A DNA stretch of 64,000 nt from Candidatus Omnitrophota bacterium (GCA_016208765.1 JACQXK010000009.1:118255-182254), one strand, 5' to 3'. Counted from the stretch's first letter, positions 1 to 9,921 are shown. Notes: generated from the letters alone by a model not told the origin. Program-made: numbers and translations.

Positions 1-1013
1 CGCATGCCGCAAAACCAGAATTTGAGGGTATGATTAGTAAAAGAGAGTTTGTCAATTTGGTAAGGCAGCTAAAGCCGGCAATAGATAGGTTTAACAAGCA
101 TTCTCAATACGGGCCGCTTTCTTTTTTTGAAGTTTATACTGCACTGGCTTTGTATTATTTTAATAAAAAGAAAACTGACATTGTTGTTTTAGAAACCGGT
201 CTTGGCGGCAGGCTTGATGCAACTAATGTGGTTGATCCTTTGGTTGCAGTAATTACGCCTATTAGCTTAGAGCATACAGATAAGCTTGGTAATACTCTGG
301 TTAAGATTGCCGGAGAGAAGGCAGGAATAATTAAAGTTCTTCGCTCCCGTATTCCTCTTCCTGTTGTTTGTGCGCCGCAGGAGAAAGATGCGTTTAGGGT
401 GATAAAAAACAGGTGTTCTAAAACCGGGGCAAGGTTAATTTATGTTAAAAAACCTGACCCAAAACTTAAAATTAATTTAATAGGTTCGCATCAGTCGGTT
501 AATGCAACAGTTGCAAAAACAGCTGTTGAAGCATTAAGTAAAATTGGTTACAAGATTGGTGTTGATAAAATTAAGTCAGGGCTTAATGATACTATTTGGC
601 CCGGTAGATGCGAGGTAGTTTCTTATAATCCAACTGTGGTTTTAGACGGGGCGCAAAATGAAGCTTCGGCAAAAGTTTTAGCCGAGGTGATTAAGAGCAA
701 TTTTTCATACCGTAAGTTGATCCTTGTTTTAGGAATTTCCAGCGATAAGGATATTAAGGGGATTTGCCGGAGGATTTGCCCTTTAGCGGATATAATAATT
801 TTGACTAAAGCAGATACTCCGCGCGCAGCAACAATCCAACAGATAGAAAATGATGTTAAAAAATGTCTAAGCGATTGTAGCAAGCAGATAATTTATACAA
901 ATGGGGTAAGAGAGGCAAAGAAAAAGGCGTTTCTTTTGGCGGATAAGAAAGACTTGATATTAGCAACTGGTTCATTATTTGTGGTGGGTGAATTCAGAAA
1001 TGGTAAAATATAA
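1..1013 (+). CDS. folC: Folylpolyglutamate synthase/dihydrofolate synthase (FolC), 5'-truncated by window edge
   Basis: Reading frame is open back to base 1 (no stop upstream of 30). Mur-ligase/FolC motifs LETGLGGRLDATNVV and AGEKAGIIK are present. The P-loop N-terminus is missing, consistent with truncation at the window edge. Confidence 0.75.
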   Translation, partial: HAAKPEFEGMISKREFVNLVRQLKPAIDRFNKHSQYGPLSFFEVYTALALYYFNKKKTDIVVLETGLGGRLDATNVVDPLVAVITPISLEHTDKLGNTLVKIAGEKAGIIKVLRSRIPLPVVCAPQEKDAFRVIKNRCSKTGARLIYVKKPDPKLKINLIGSHQSVNATVAKTAVEALSKIGYKIGVDKIKSGLNDTIWPGRCEVVSYNPTVVLDGAQNEASAKVLAEVIKSNFSYRKLILVLGISSDKDIKGICRRICPLADIIILTKADTPRAATIQQIENDVKKCLSDCSKQIIYTNGVREAKKKAFLLADKKDLILATGSLFVVGEFRNGKI

Positions 1014-2430
1014 TTTAGACGATACGATTGCCGCTGCAGCTACGGCTATGGGGGATTCAGGAATTGGCATTGTGCGTATTAGCGGTAAATGCGCAATTAG
1101 CATTGCTGATAAAATATTCTCGGCAAAAAACGGCAAAAGGCTTTCTACATTCAAGAATTTTACTCTGCACTATGGCTGGATTGTTGATAGTCGCCTGTCA
1201 CCTGTCACCTGTCCGTTGTCTGAAGATTTAGACAGGCGACAGGATGTAATTGATGAGGCCCTTCTAAGCGTGATGCGCGCTCCGAATAGTTTTACCAAAG
1301 AAGATGTTGTGGAAATTAATTGTCATGGGGGGATTGTAGCAATGCGTGATTGCCTGGAATTAGTATTGGCTAATGGCGCGCGATTAGCCCAGCCAGGAGA
1401 ATTTACTAAAAGGGCGTTTTTAAATGGGAGGATTGATCTTGCTCAGGCAGAGGCGGTTTTGGATATTATCCGTGCAAAAACTGACTCTTCGCTAAAATTA
1501 GGGGTTGAACAATTAAAAGGAGTTTTATCTAAGGAAATAAATATTATTAGAGATGAACTGCTTAATGTGCTTACTATTTTGGAAGCAAATATTGACTTTC
1601 CAGACGAGGAAATAGGTTCTGTTAATACCAAACAAATCCGGCAAAAGCTTGAGAGTCTTTTGCAGCAGTTAAATAATCTTCTTGAAGGCGCTAAATGCGG
1701 CAGGTTGATGCGCGAGGGGATTAAAGTTGTAATTTGCGGGCTGCCGAATGTGGGCAAGTCATCGCTTTTAAATGCTATCCTTAAGCAGGAGCGTTCTATT
1801 GTTACTCCGGTAGCCGGCACTACGCGGGATACTATTGAAGAGGTAATTGATATTAAAGGTATTCCGGTGAGGATCTCTGATACTGCGGGGATCTTAGAGC
1901 CGCGTGATCTGGTGGAGAAGAAGGCGGTTGAGCGCGCGCAGAAACATATCCAACTGGCAGACCTGGTAATTTTGGTTTTTGACGGCACTAAGAAATTATC
2001 GCAGCAAGATTTAGCCTTGATAAGAAAATTAAAGAAAAAGCCGGTCATCGCAGTGATTAATAAAATTGATGCGAGGCAAAAAATAGATAAAGATAAAATC
2101 AGGAAAGAATTCCCTCGCGTAATTGGAATCTCGGCTAAGAAATTAAAGAATTTATCTTTATTAGAGGATGAAATTTCCGGTTTAGTTTTAAAAGGAAAAG
2201 TTATGCCGCAGGAGCCGGTTTTTGTTTCAAGGCAAAGGCACATTCAGGCTTTAAAACATATTCAAAAACTTGTTGAAGAAGCGCGGAATTCATTGGATAA
2301 TAAAACTTCCACAGAATTTATTGCCCAGGACATTAAAGAAGCCCTGGGCCATCTTGATGATATTTTGGGAAAAAAATTCTCTGAAGATTTACTGGATAAG
2401 ATATTTAGCGAGTTTTGTATCGGAAAATAG
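1000..2430 (+). CDS. mnmE: tRNA modification GTPase MnmE (TrmE)
   Basis: N-terminal [23 protein letters not shown]-domain P-loop [17 protein letters not shown], and the diagnostic C-terminal CIGK tail. The ORF track starts at a TTG at 979; the first ATG is at 1000. Confidence 0.85.
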   Translation: MVKYNLDDTIAAAATAMGDSGIGIVRISGKCAISIADKIFSAKNGKRLSTFKNFTLHYGWIVDSRLSPVTCPLSEDLDRRQDVIDEALLSVMRAPNSFTKEDVVEINCHGGIVAMRDCLELVLANGARLAQPGEFTKRAFLNGRIDLAQAEAVLDIIRAKTDSSLKLGVEQLKGVLSKEINIIRDELLNVLTILEANIDFPDEEIGSVNTKQIRQKLESLLQQLNNLLEGAKCGRLMREGIKVVICGLPNVGKSSLLNAILKQERSIVTPVAGTTRDTIEEVIDIKGIPVRISDTAGILEPRDLVEKKAVERAQKHIQLADLVILVFDGTKKLSQQDLALIRKLKKKPVIAVINKIDARQKIDKDKIRKEFPRVIGISAKKLKNLSLLEDEISGLVLKGKVMPQEPVFVSRQRHIQALKHIQKLVEEARNSLDNKTSTEFIAQDIKEALGHLDDILGKKFSEDLLDKIFSEFCIGK

Positions 2431-2438
2431 GAGCCCTG

Positions 2439-2993
2439 ATGGATAAGAATAAAATAGAAAAAGCAGTCCGGGATATTTTAGAGGCGATTGGCGAGGATCC
2501 AAAGAAGAAAGATCTGCTGGATACGCCAAAACGTGTGGCGGAAATGTATGAAGAGATTTTTGCCGGCATTAACCAAAAACCAGAAGATGAATTGGAAGTT
2601 ATCCTTGACCAAAAGCACCATGAGATTATTTTATTAAAAGGTATTCCTTTGTATTCTGTATGCGAACATCATCTTTTGCCCTTTTTAGGCAGGGCGAACA
2701 TTGCTTATATTCCAAAAAACGGCCGAGTTACGGGCTTGAGTAAATTGGCGAGGGTGGTGGATATTTTGGCTCGTCGTCCACAAGTGCAAGAAAGGTTGAC
2801 TACTCAGATTGCCGAGATCATTATGTCTAAACTTAAGCCTTTAGGAGTGATGGTGGTTATTGAAGCTGAGCACCTTTGCATGTCTATGCGCGGGGTAAAA
2901 AAACCAGGGACCATGACAGTCACTTCTGCTGTGCGTGGTATATTTAAGGAAGACGAAAAAACCCGCGCCGAAACCCTGTCTCTAATGAAATAA
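2439..2993 (+). CDS. folE: GTP cyclohydrolase I (FolE)
   Basis: Conserved CEHHLLPF active-site motif. AGGAG RBS 7 nt upstream of the ATG at 2439. Overlaps the mnmE stop, suggesting translational coupling. Confidence 0.85.
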   Translation: MDKNKIEKAVRDILEAIGEDPKKKDLLDTPKRVAEMYEEIFAGINQKPEDELEVILDQKHHEIILLKGIPLYSVCEHHLLPFLGRANIAYIPKNGRVTGLSKLARVVDILARRPQVQERLTTQIAEIIMSKLKPLGVMVVIEAEHLCMSMRGVKKPGTMTVTSAVRGIFKEDEKTRAETLSLMK

Positions 2994-2999
2994 TAAATT

Positions 3000-3660
3000 C
3001 CTCCCTGTTTCTCTTCTGAAGCGGAAACTGTTTCCAATCTGATAAGGACACTGGGCACAGCATTCAGATTAATAGCTCATCTAATAGATTATAAGGGTAT
3101 CTATCATTTAGATTTCTTTCACCGTAACTGCTGAATTTATATTCCGTTATATTTTTTGCAATATTTGCCCTTAATGGGTTCTGTTCTACATAAGCGATGC
3201 AGTTTAGTAAATACTGATCTTTAGATATAGTTTTTGTTTTATACCTGCTCTGCCAAACATGGCCGACTTTGTTATATTTTTTATTATAATGAGCAGTATA
3301 TGATCGTTGTAAACATTGCATAAATTTAGGCAATGTTTCTGGGTCTGAAGGCTCGCCAACTAAATGAATGTGGTTGGGCATTAAACAGTAGCCATACAAA
3401 AGAAATACATATTTACGTTTATAGTGTTTTAATTGTGAGAGATAAAAATCAAAGTCTTCGTCATCAAAGAAAACTTTTTGTTTTTGGTTTCCTCTAGTAA
3501 AAATATGATAACAGGCGTTTTTTATAAGCAATCTTGTTTTTGTCATTTTTCCTCCTTGTATTATTATGTTTGCCTTTTTAGCCCACTGTCCCGATTGAAA
3601 CGGAAACTGTTTCCCGATTGAGTCGGAAACTGTTTCCATAATTAGAATTGGCGGTCTAAG
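3000..3660 (-). mobile_element. IS200/IS605-family insertion element (tnpA plus flanking palindromic ends)
   Basis: Y1 HUH transposase ORF flanked by three copies of the perfect palindrome GGAAACTGTTTCC (about 3022-3036, 3598-3612, 3623-3637). Subterminal hairpins are typical of IS200/IS605 ends or REP/RAYT units. Confidence 0.6.
3064..3639 (-). CDS. tnpA: IS200-like / REP-associated tyrosine (Y1, HUH) transposase
   Basis: 191 aa; HUH motif in LMPNHIHLV; the downstream conserved Tyr in RYKTKT (Y1 catalytic residue). Overall Transposase_17-like layout. Confidence 0.8.
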   Translation of the reverse strand: METVSDSIGKQFPFQSGQWAKKANIIIQGGKMTKTRLLIKNACYHIFTRGNQKQKVFFDDEDFDFYLSQLKHYKRKYVFLLYGYCLMPNHIHLVGEPSDPETLPKFMQCLQRSYTAHYNKKYNKVGHVWQSRYKTKTISKDQYLLNCIAYVEQNPLRANIAKNITEYKFSSYGERNLNDRYPYNLLDELLI

Positions 3661-4145
3661 CTTCTATACTGTACTGCCTCGGAAATGTGCTCAGATTTAA
3701 TTATGTCGCAACCTGCTAAATCGCTGATGGTCTTTGCGATTTTTAATATTTTATCGTAAGCGCGAGCTGATAATCCTAATTCTGTTAAGGCCATCTTGAA
3801 GAGCTTTTTTGCCGAGTCATCCAGCAGGCAATATTTTCTTATTAATTTAGAATTCATCTGTGCGTTACAAAAATAGCTGTTGTCTTTGAGCCTTTCTCTC
3901 TGGATTGCGCGCGCCTGCTCTACTCTTGATTTTATAGCTGCCGAAGATTCCGCCTCATTTATTTCCGTAAGTTCTTTGTATTTTATCGCCGGTATTTCAA
4001 CATGGATATCAATGCGGTCTAATAGAGGCCCGGATATTTTGCCCATGTAATTTGCTATTTTTGTAGTATTGCAACGGCAAACCTTCATTTTATCTGTAAA
4101 ATACCCGCATGGGCAACCGTAGCCAACCTTTCCACAAACACCCAA
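3642..4145 (-). pseudogene. comM: C-terminal fragment of Mg-chelatase-like competence protein ComM/YifB (gene disrupted)
   Basis: 167 aa matching only the C-terminal part of YifB/ComM (Cys-rich CPCGY...C.C motif, PLLDRIDIHVEIP). The N-terminal Lon-like and AAA+ domains (~330 aa) are absent from the adjoining DNA. Confidence 0.7.
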
Positions 4146-4399
4146 TCAAACTGACATTCAAGATCTCCCGTTATCCAGATAAAACTTCAGGACAAAAAAT
4201 CCGTAAGTATAGACTCGAGAGAGAGTTAAAGCAGATAGAATTAGCAAGGTTGCTGAAGGTTGATGAAATGACTATTGTTAATTGGGAATTGGATAAAACA
4301 AAACCCAGGGATATGCTTGCAAATAGAGTAAATAGGCTTTTAGGAACAGAAATTTATCCTATACAAACATCGGCTTTATTAGGAGTAAAACTAAAATGA
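4109..4399 (+). CDS. Small HTH (XRE-like) DNA-binding protein, first gene of the island
   Basis: Helix-turn-helix-like segment LKQIELARLLKVDEMTIVNWE. Start is uncertain (overlaps the comM remnant). Confidence 0.35.
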   Translation: MGNRSQPFHKHPIKLTFKISRYPDKTSGQKIRKYRLERELKQIELARLLKVDEMTIVNWELDKTKPRDMLANRVNRLLGTEIYPIQTSALLGVKLK

Positions 4400-5766
4400 T
4401 CCCCACAGGCATATCCCCTACAGAAGCGGCATTTGAAGTTGTTGGTTTGGTTAATGCCAAGTCAATAATAGATTTCTTGTTTTTTGAAACCAAGATAGGT
4501 TTAGCCGTTTTTCTTATAGGATTTTTGACTTCTTTATGGAGATCTGTCAAAGAATCCGATTTTTCAGTTCTATGGAGTTATTTGGTGATGTTTTGTATTC
4601 TTTTGTTTATTTTTATTAAGCCTATGGCTAGTTTGGAGAGCTCTACTTCTACCATGGAAGCAGCCGGATGGAAAGGCACCTCAACTCAAGAGGCATTAAA
4701 AGACGTCTTTATTGATACCGGTAAAGCTCGAGCTGGTTCTCTAGGTCTTGTTTTCATAAGCCAAGGTTATAATGCCATTGTTTATGGCACGATAAGTGCT
4801 ATTACCAAGGTTACTCAACAGAAAGATTTTAACTATCTGAACAATCCTTTTATCGTCAATAAAGTGTCTTTATATCTACAGCATTTTAGCAGTGAAGGAA
4901 TCAAGAAAAACAACGCCTTAAGAAAAGACTTGGAAGGTTTTCTTAAAAACGATTATCCGCAGACCTTAGGAAGGATGGTTAATAATGGCAAAACTCAATC
5001 AGGTATATCCAAGAAATGGTGGCCTGGGGATGAAGAGGTAATAATGAACTATGATTTGGATCAGAGAAAACGTTGGGAAGCTTTGGACTTAAGATTAACC
5101 GACTATATCAAAACAGAGATAGGCAAATTAGGCGCTAAAGGTCAATTTACCGACCTCTTCATAGACTACAAGGCAATAAAGATAAAGCTTCTTGCCGGAC
5201 ATACTGAAAAGGCAGCTACGGATATAGCCTCTAACTTGACCGGTTACGGCATAGAGCCTAAGAGTGCCAGCTTAAGCTGGTTGATGAGGCAGCCTGCTAG
5301 TTGGCTAGCCTATGCTTCATCATTTGTAGGGCAATTCTTTTCAACCACTTTATCAGAGTTTATGATTAAGGCACTTCCATACTTACAGGGCTACGCGGTA
5401 ATGATTATTTACAGCCTGTTTCCGTTTACTTTATTACTGTGCCTTTTATTTGGGACATTCAGCATATTAAAAGAGTATTTTATTTACCTCTTTTGGGTTA
5501 AATCCTGGGTCATTGTCTGGGCTCTTATTCATTATGCAGCTATCTATATGTCTACCTTACAGGCAAGGTTGGGTTCCGGCACCAGTTCCTGGTTTTTTGA
5601 GAAGCCTTATTTTAATACGGTTACGGGAGTGCTTCTGGTTATGTCTCCAGGGATTGCCTGGTTTATGACTAAGGGGGTATTATCTGGTATAGGAGAAGCA
5701 GCTTCGGCTTTAACCCTTCATGCTGATAAGGGAGTAGGTAAGGTAGGTTCTAAAATAGGGGTGTAG
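4396..5766 (+). CDS. Polytopic membrane protein, TraG_N / VirB6-like (mating-pair stabilisation / channel subunit) candidate
   Basis: 456 aa with 2-3 N-terminal and 3-4 C-terminal TM helices around a large soluble central region. This topology and size match the F-type TraG N-terminal domain. Sits at the head of a tra cluster. Confidence 0.3.
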   Translation: MIPTGISPTEAAFEVVGLVNAKSIIDFLFFETKIGLAVFLIGFLTSLWRSVKESDFSVLWSYLVMFCILLFIFIKPMASLESSTSTMEAAGWKGTSTQEALKDVFIDTGKARAGSLGLVFISQGYNAIVYGTISAITKVTQQKDFNYLNNPFIVNKVSLYLQHFSSEGIKKNNALRKDLEGFLKNDYPQTLGRMVNNGKTQSGISKKWWPGDEEVIMNYDLDQRKRWEALDLRLTDYIKTEIGKLGAKGQFTDLFIDYKAIKIKLLAGHTEKAATDIASNLTGYGIEPKSASLSWLMRQPASWLAYASSFVGQFFSTTLSEFMIKALPYLQGYAVMIIYSLFPFTLLLCLLFGTFSILKEYFIYLFWVKSWVIVWALIHYAAIYMSTLQARLGSGTSSWFFEKPYFNTVTGVLLVMSPGIAWFMTKGVLSGIGEAASALTLHADKGVGKVGSKIGV

Positions 5767-5878
5767 ATGGATAAAATAATTCGCAAATTAATTTTTAAAA
5801 AGTTAGCGGTTAGGTGCGAATTATCCCAATTTGATTACGCTAATTATTTTGCGAATTATTTTTTAAGTATATTTATTA

Positions 5879-6020
5879 TCCCCAAGCACTTAAAGTTATT
5901 TGCGGGCGGTATGCCTTCGGGTGGTTTCGTCAACAACCCTCTCGAAGGCTACCGCACGCTCGTTCCAATCAAAACCACCCAAAACCCCCTAACCCAAAAA
6001 CCCTTAAGGCAGGGCGGGGC
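5879..6020. repeat. Left copy of 142-bp inverted repeat (IR-L), G-rich, with a G-tract (G4-prone) segment and an internal 13-bp hairpin
   Basis: Its reverse complement matches 32687-32828 at 141/142 positions (single T/C difference). Contains CCC/GGG tracts (CACCCAAAACCCCCTAACCCAAAAACCC) and the hairpin GCGGTA(T)GCCTTCG...CGAAGGCTACCGC. Confidence 0.9.
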
Positions 6021-6035
6021 TAATAAAGGAGAAGC

Positions 6036-6809
6036 ATGAGAAAAGGAAGATTAACAAAAGAAGAACAAGCGCGTAGAATCAAGTCATTACTTATCTTTAT
6101 CTATACTTTTCGATATGCAACGAGGAATCAATTGGAGATGTTTATTCAGGTGGTAATGAATCTATCTTTTACGCGCTGGCTTATAGATTATTCTCTTAAC
6201 AAGGGCTTCATCAATGCTTACTACGAGTCTTTATTCAAGACAAAAATCTACTATTTAACCTATAAGGGTAGGGAAATGATTTGCGATCAAGCCATGGTTG
6301 AACATTACTATTTTGAGAAGGCTCACGCGGGGTTAAATACCTTTATTCATCATAATAATATGATAGAGGCCTTTATGTTACTTAGAAGCCACTTGAATAT
6401 CGAAGAATGGGTGTGTGAGTGGGACCTAAGGAGGGGCAAGAGGGCAGGTGAGAAAATTCCCGATGGTTTAATAAAGCTTACGGAAGGAATCAATATGGCT
6501 TTGGAAGTGGAAACCCGCTATAAAACCCTTGGGATCCTAAAGACATTCATTAAGAGATACCGCTACGATATAGAGAAGATTTCTAGGTATCATTGTTTAT
6601 TGGTTGTAGCTTCAAGCAGGTTTAATTATGACGGCTTAAGAATGAGGCTGTATAACATTGCCCCGGAATTCTGTTCAAAAGCTCTTATTTTGGCTGATCT
6701 GGGTATGCTTGAGTTGGGAATGTGTTTCTACCAAGGCAAGCTGATACATCTTGAAGAAGCAATAAAGTTGTTAAAAGAGGGAGGGCAAAATCATGGACAA
6801 ACCGTTTAG
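6036..6809 (+). CDS. Replication-relaxation (Replic_Relax) family protein, putative relaxase/initiator
   Basis: 257 aa. Winged-helix-like N-terminus (LIFIYTFRYATRNQLEMF). Immediately upstream of, and overlapping, the coupling-protein gene. Family assignment is by overall resemblance only. Confidence 0.4.
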   Translation: MRKGRLTKEEQARRIKSLLIFIYTFRYATRNQLEMFIQVVMNLSFTRWLIDYSLNKGFINAYYESLFKTKIYYLTYKGREMICDQAMVEHYYFEKAHAGLNTFIHHNNMIEAFMLLRSHLNIEEWVCEWDLRRGKRAGEKIPDGLIKLTEGINMALEVETRYKTLGILKTFIKRYRYDIEKISRYHCLLVVASSRFNYDGLRMRLYNIAPEFCSKALILADLGMLELGMCFYQGKLIHLEEAIKLLKEGGQNHGQTV

Positions 6810-9057
6810 TTTAAAAGGATTCTTTATAAAGATATTGGTGTTGGTTCCGCTATTCTATATCGGCTTCGGCTGGTATATCGGTCTCAACTACGGAAGAAAG
6901 GGCGCCATTTTGGGACCCTTTGATAATATCCCTGTGGTGATGAAGACTAGTCTCTTGGGCTCATCCCTTGAGGATATTTCAGGCAGTAAAGCTTTGGTAA
7001 TGGTTGTGCCGCCAAAAGAAACCGGTAAGTCTGATCAGGACTCAACTTATTTTAAGATAACCGGTTATTTTGAAGTGCCCGGGAGTTGGGCTTTTGATTT
7101 TGCGCCTTCCGGCAACGATATTGTCCTTCCAAAGACCTTTGCTATGACTGGAAGCTATTCTAGGGTCATTTGCTATGAGCTTAAGAATCCCAGGCACAGG
7201 TTAGGAAGCTTGTCAGTAAGAGAGCTTAATGATCTTCTTAAGGCATCCGGCAGAACCAAGGATATGTTAAGTTTGATGCCTTATCTATTTCTTTCAAATA
7301 TGGAAGAGAAATACCCTTGGCTCTACTCTGACACAGTACTCTTGTCCAGAGCAATGGGTAATATCTTTAAAGACAATATGCTTCCCTACGACATATTAGG
7401 GTTAGCAGGTATAGCAGTTTTTTTTATTGCAATGGCTGCAAGAAGCTTCTGGCTATGGATATATTACTTGTATTGGGTGTTTGCTTACTGGTTCGGCAGG
7501 ATTGGCTACCATGATATAAATCTGTCTTTTAGTAACGATGGCTGGCAGGTAATCCGTTGGAGCTTCTGGAACGGTTTTATCATAAAAGAGGGAAGGTTAT
7601 TCCTGATTATAGCCTTTGGTTTGTCAATTATCGGATTTACAGGCTTGGGTATTATTTATGTGATTAAACACGTGATACCGCGTAAAAGGCGAGAGCTGGA
7701 GGATTTCTTAAAGATAGACAAAGAAACACAAAAGAGAAAAGAGCTTTCCATTGAAACTGTTGAGTTTAAGAAAGTCCACTTTAACATCAACAAAAAGTTA
7801 AATCAATACGCCAAGACAGACAAATATTTTCTGGCTGTCTCAGATGATAAGCTGGATGTGGTTGTCGAGGAGGCTGTGCTTAACCGTCATCTGCACGTAT
7901 TAGGTCCTACAGGAGGCGGAAAAACTTCATTAGTGATCCTTCCTTTAAGCAGGCAGGCGATAGAAAAAGGAAGAGGCTGCTGCTTTATTGATTTTAAGGG
8001 CGATGAGGTTTTTAAAAAGTATGTCCAGCAGCAGGCAAAAGAAAAGGGTAAGAATTTTTATTATTTCAGCATTGACCCTAACGAGCCGTCATCAGGGTAT
8101 AATCCGCTCTCCTCAGGAGATATCCATTCCAAGGTAGACAGGATTATGACGGCACTTGAACTGATTTATCACGGCCCGGCCGGATTTTACTCTAACGTGC
8201 AGGCAATGGCATTCGTTGCATTATTAAAAGAAATGGCTAAGGAAAATAAAGAGATAAATTTTCTTTCGGTTAAAGAAGAATTGGATAAGCCGGACTTTTT
8301 AGAAAGAACGGATGTAAGCGCTCAGGAAGTAAAGGGGCTCGTGGCAGTAATTTCTTGGATTGCAGATATCGATGTAATAAACCGGGATGAACTGGATTTA
8401 GCCAAAGCGATTAAAAACGGCGATATTGTATTCTTCGCCTTAAAGAGCCAGGTGAATACGCGCCTGGCCGAGGCAATAGGTAGGATGCTTATAATTGATC
8501 TTAAATGCCATGCAGTATCCCGCAAGGAAACGGATCCACCTTACTTTATCTTCATTGACGAATTCCAGAATTTAGCTTGTTCGCATTTTGTAGATGTTAT
8601 TTCTAAAGTAAGATCCGCTAATTTCTGCTTGGTTTTATCCAATCAGTCGCGGGGCAACTTATCCAATGTATCAGCTGCATTCGAAAATGCGATTTTCACC
8701 AATACCGCAACCAAGGTAATCTTCATGCAGGAGGACCCTTTTGATGCGAGGTTCTGGTCAGATAAGACAGGGCAGACCACTTATCAGGATAAGAGCGTGT
8801 TTCAGGTGGATAACATAAGTAATGATAAGGCAGGTGCCAAGCTTGACGGTTTAAGATCCGCTCAAGGCAATATCCGGACCGCTCTTAAGAACTACATTTC
8901 AGAGAACGTGTTTTTAAGGCTGCCGTTTCATAAGTCTGTTATTTTTTTAAGGGAAAAACTCACCGTAATAGCTAACCATGAGTTCTTATTTGACAAAAAA
9001 GAAAGAGACAGGCTTATCGCGAACCCGTTTGAATATGACAAGAATAAAGCAGCATAA
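6793..9057 (+). CDS. traD: Type IV coupling protein (VirD4/TraD/TraG family ATPase)
   Basis: 754 aa; N-terminal TM helices; Walker A LGPTGGGKTS; Walker B FIFIDEFQNL. TrwB/TraD-like architecture. Confidence 0.75.
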   Translation: MDKPFSLKGFFIKILVLVPLFYIGFGWYIGLNYGRKGAILGPFDNIPVVMKTSLLGSSLEDISGSKALVMVVPPKETGKSDQDSTYFKITGYFEVPGSWAFDFAPSGNDIVLPKTFAMTGSYSRVICYELKNPRHRLGSLSVRELNDLLKASGRTKDMLSLMPYLFLSNMEEKYPWLYSDTVLLSRAMGNIFKDNMLPYDILGLAGIAVFFIAMAARSFWLWIYYLYWVFAYWFGRIGYHDINLSFSNDGWQVIRWSFWNGFIIKEGRLFLIIAFGLSIIGFTGLGIIYVIKHVIPRKRRELEDFLKIDKETQKRKELSIETVEFKKVHFNINKKLNQYAKTDKYFLAVSDDKLDVVVEEAVLNRHLHVLGPTGGGKTSLVILPLSRQAIEKGRGCCFIDFKGDEVFKKYVQQQAKEKGKNFYYFSIDPNEPSSGYNPLSSGDIHSKVDRIMTALELIYHGPAGFYSNVQAMAFVALLKEMAKENKEINFLSVKEELDKPDFLERTDVSAQEVKGLVAVISWIADIDVINRDELDLAKAIKNGDIVFFALKSQVNTRLAEAIGRMLIIDLKCHAVSRKETDPPYFIFIDEFQNLACSHFVDVISKVRSANFCLVLSNQSRGNLSNVSAAFENAIFTNTATKVIFMQEDPFDARFWSDKTGQTTYQDKSVFQVDNISNDKAGAKLDGLRSAQGNIRTALKNYISENVFLRLPFHKSVIFLREKLTVIANHEFLFDKKERDRLIANPFEYDKNKAA

Positions 9058-9077
9058 AATAAAAGGAGGGAAGAGAA

Positions 9078-9401
9078 ATGTGTAGAGATATTAAAAGAAA
9101 GAGCTTTATATTAAAGACCTTTGCGGTCTTGTGCTTGGTTCTCGGATTTTCAATGGCGGTGGCACCTTTTGTCTTTGCGGAAATAAGCACCACCCAGGAG
9201 CAACAGGTAGTAAGCGACTTCGCCACGTTTATCATCAACATACTCACCGGACCTGTGTCAAAAATCCTGGGGGCAATATTGTTGATTGGCGGCGTGTTTG
9301 CGCTCTTAAACGGAAAGCAGGGAGTGGCTATAGCCTGCGGTTTTGGGTTCATGATTCTTATGTTTATACCCAAGATTCTGGAAGGATTGTTTAAGCAGTA
9401 A
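9078..9401 (+). CDS. traA: Conjugative propilin (TraA/VirB2/TrbC family)
   Basis: 107 aa; long leader with a signal-peptide-like region, then two hydrophobic helices (ILGAILLIGGVFALL, IACGFGFMILMFIP). Strong AGGAGGG RBS. Sits in the traA position ahead of traL. Confidence 0.55.
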   Translation: MCRDIKRKSFILKTFAVLCLVLGFSMAVAPFVFAEISTTQEQQVVSDFATFIINILTGPVSKILGAILLIGGVFALLNGKQGVAIACGFGFMILMFIPKILEGLFKQ

Positions 9402-9688
9402 TGAGAAAATGCCTGCGCACTATTGATAAACCGCTGCTGCTCTTCGGGCTTGAGCCTGAAGACGTGGGGATACTGGCTTTGGCCTGCGGCTCGATGATTT
9501 TATTCTTTGATACCTTTTACGCAGGCCTGGTATTCTTTGGGGGCTGGATGTTTTTAAGGTTAATAAAGCAGGGCAAGCCCCAGGGTTACATTACACACAT
9601 GTTTTATAAGTATGGGATTCGGATAAAAGGCTTGATTGCCCCGCCAAAAAAAGTTAAAATATATTCAGTTTTTAGGAAAGAGGATTAA
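9401..9688 (+). CDS. traL: TraL (VirB3-like) pilus assembly protein
   Basis: 95 aa. Alignable by eye to F TraL (FGLEPEDVGILALACG versus F LGLPLDEVIPAAICIG; RLIKQGK versus RKLKKGR). Confidence 0.55.
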   Translation: MRKCLRTIDKPLLLFGLEPEDVGILALACGSMILFFDTFYAGLVFFGGWMFLRLIKQGKPQGYITHMFYKYGIRIKGLIAPPKKVKIYSVFRKED

Positions 9689-9690
9689 CT

Positions 9691-9882
9691 ATGCAGATGC
9701 AAAATTTTACAATACCAGGATTATTATTGGTTGTCTCAATCGTTGTCCTTTATTTCCTGCCGACATTGATTGCGTTTTTAAGGAACCATAAAAATAAGCT
9801 GGCGGTATTTTTACTAAACCTGCTTTTAGGTTGGACAGGATTGGGATGGGTGGTATCACTTGTCTGGTCGGTAATGAAGTAA
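9691..9882 (+). CDS. Small membrane protein of the superinfection-immunity family (Imm_superinfect-like)
   Basis: 63 aa, two TM helices, family-typical motif YFLPTLIAFLRNHKNK...LLNLLLGWTGLGWVVSLVWS. Confidence 0.5.
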   Translation: MQMQNFTIPGLLLVVSIVVLYFLPTLIAFLRNHKNKLAVFLLNLLLGWTGLGWVVSLVWSVMK

Positions 9883-9921
9883 ATAATGCAAGATAATTTA
9901 GCGGTTCAGGAAAAAATTTAT

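Noticed and set aside
1443-2243. 266-aa minus-strand ORF
   Set aside because: Entirely antisense to the well-supported mnmE coding region, with low-complexity Ser/Phe-rich translation. Spurious.
5879-6020. Possibility that the GC-rich structured segment is a single-copy ncRNA gene (tmRNA, RNase P, group II intron domain)
   Set aside because: An inverted, 141/142-identical copy exists 26.7 kb away. That points to a repeat element rather than a unique RNA gene. No tmRNA resume tag, RNase P P4 or intron domain V consensus was recognisable.
5767-6039. 90-aa ORF overlapping the left inverted repeat
   Set aside because: It lies almost entirely within the 142-bp IR / G-tract region, has no RBS, and its low-complexity translation (PLTQKPLRQGGANKG) derives from the repeat. 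Most likely not a gene.
9131-9394. 87-aa alternative-frame ORF inside the propilin gene
   Set aside because: Overlaps the pilin gene in another frame. Gly/His-rich translation without a plausible start context.
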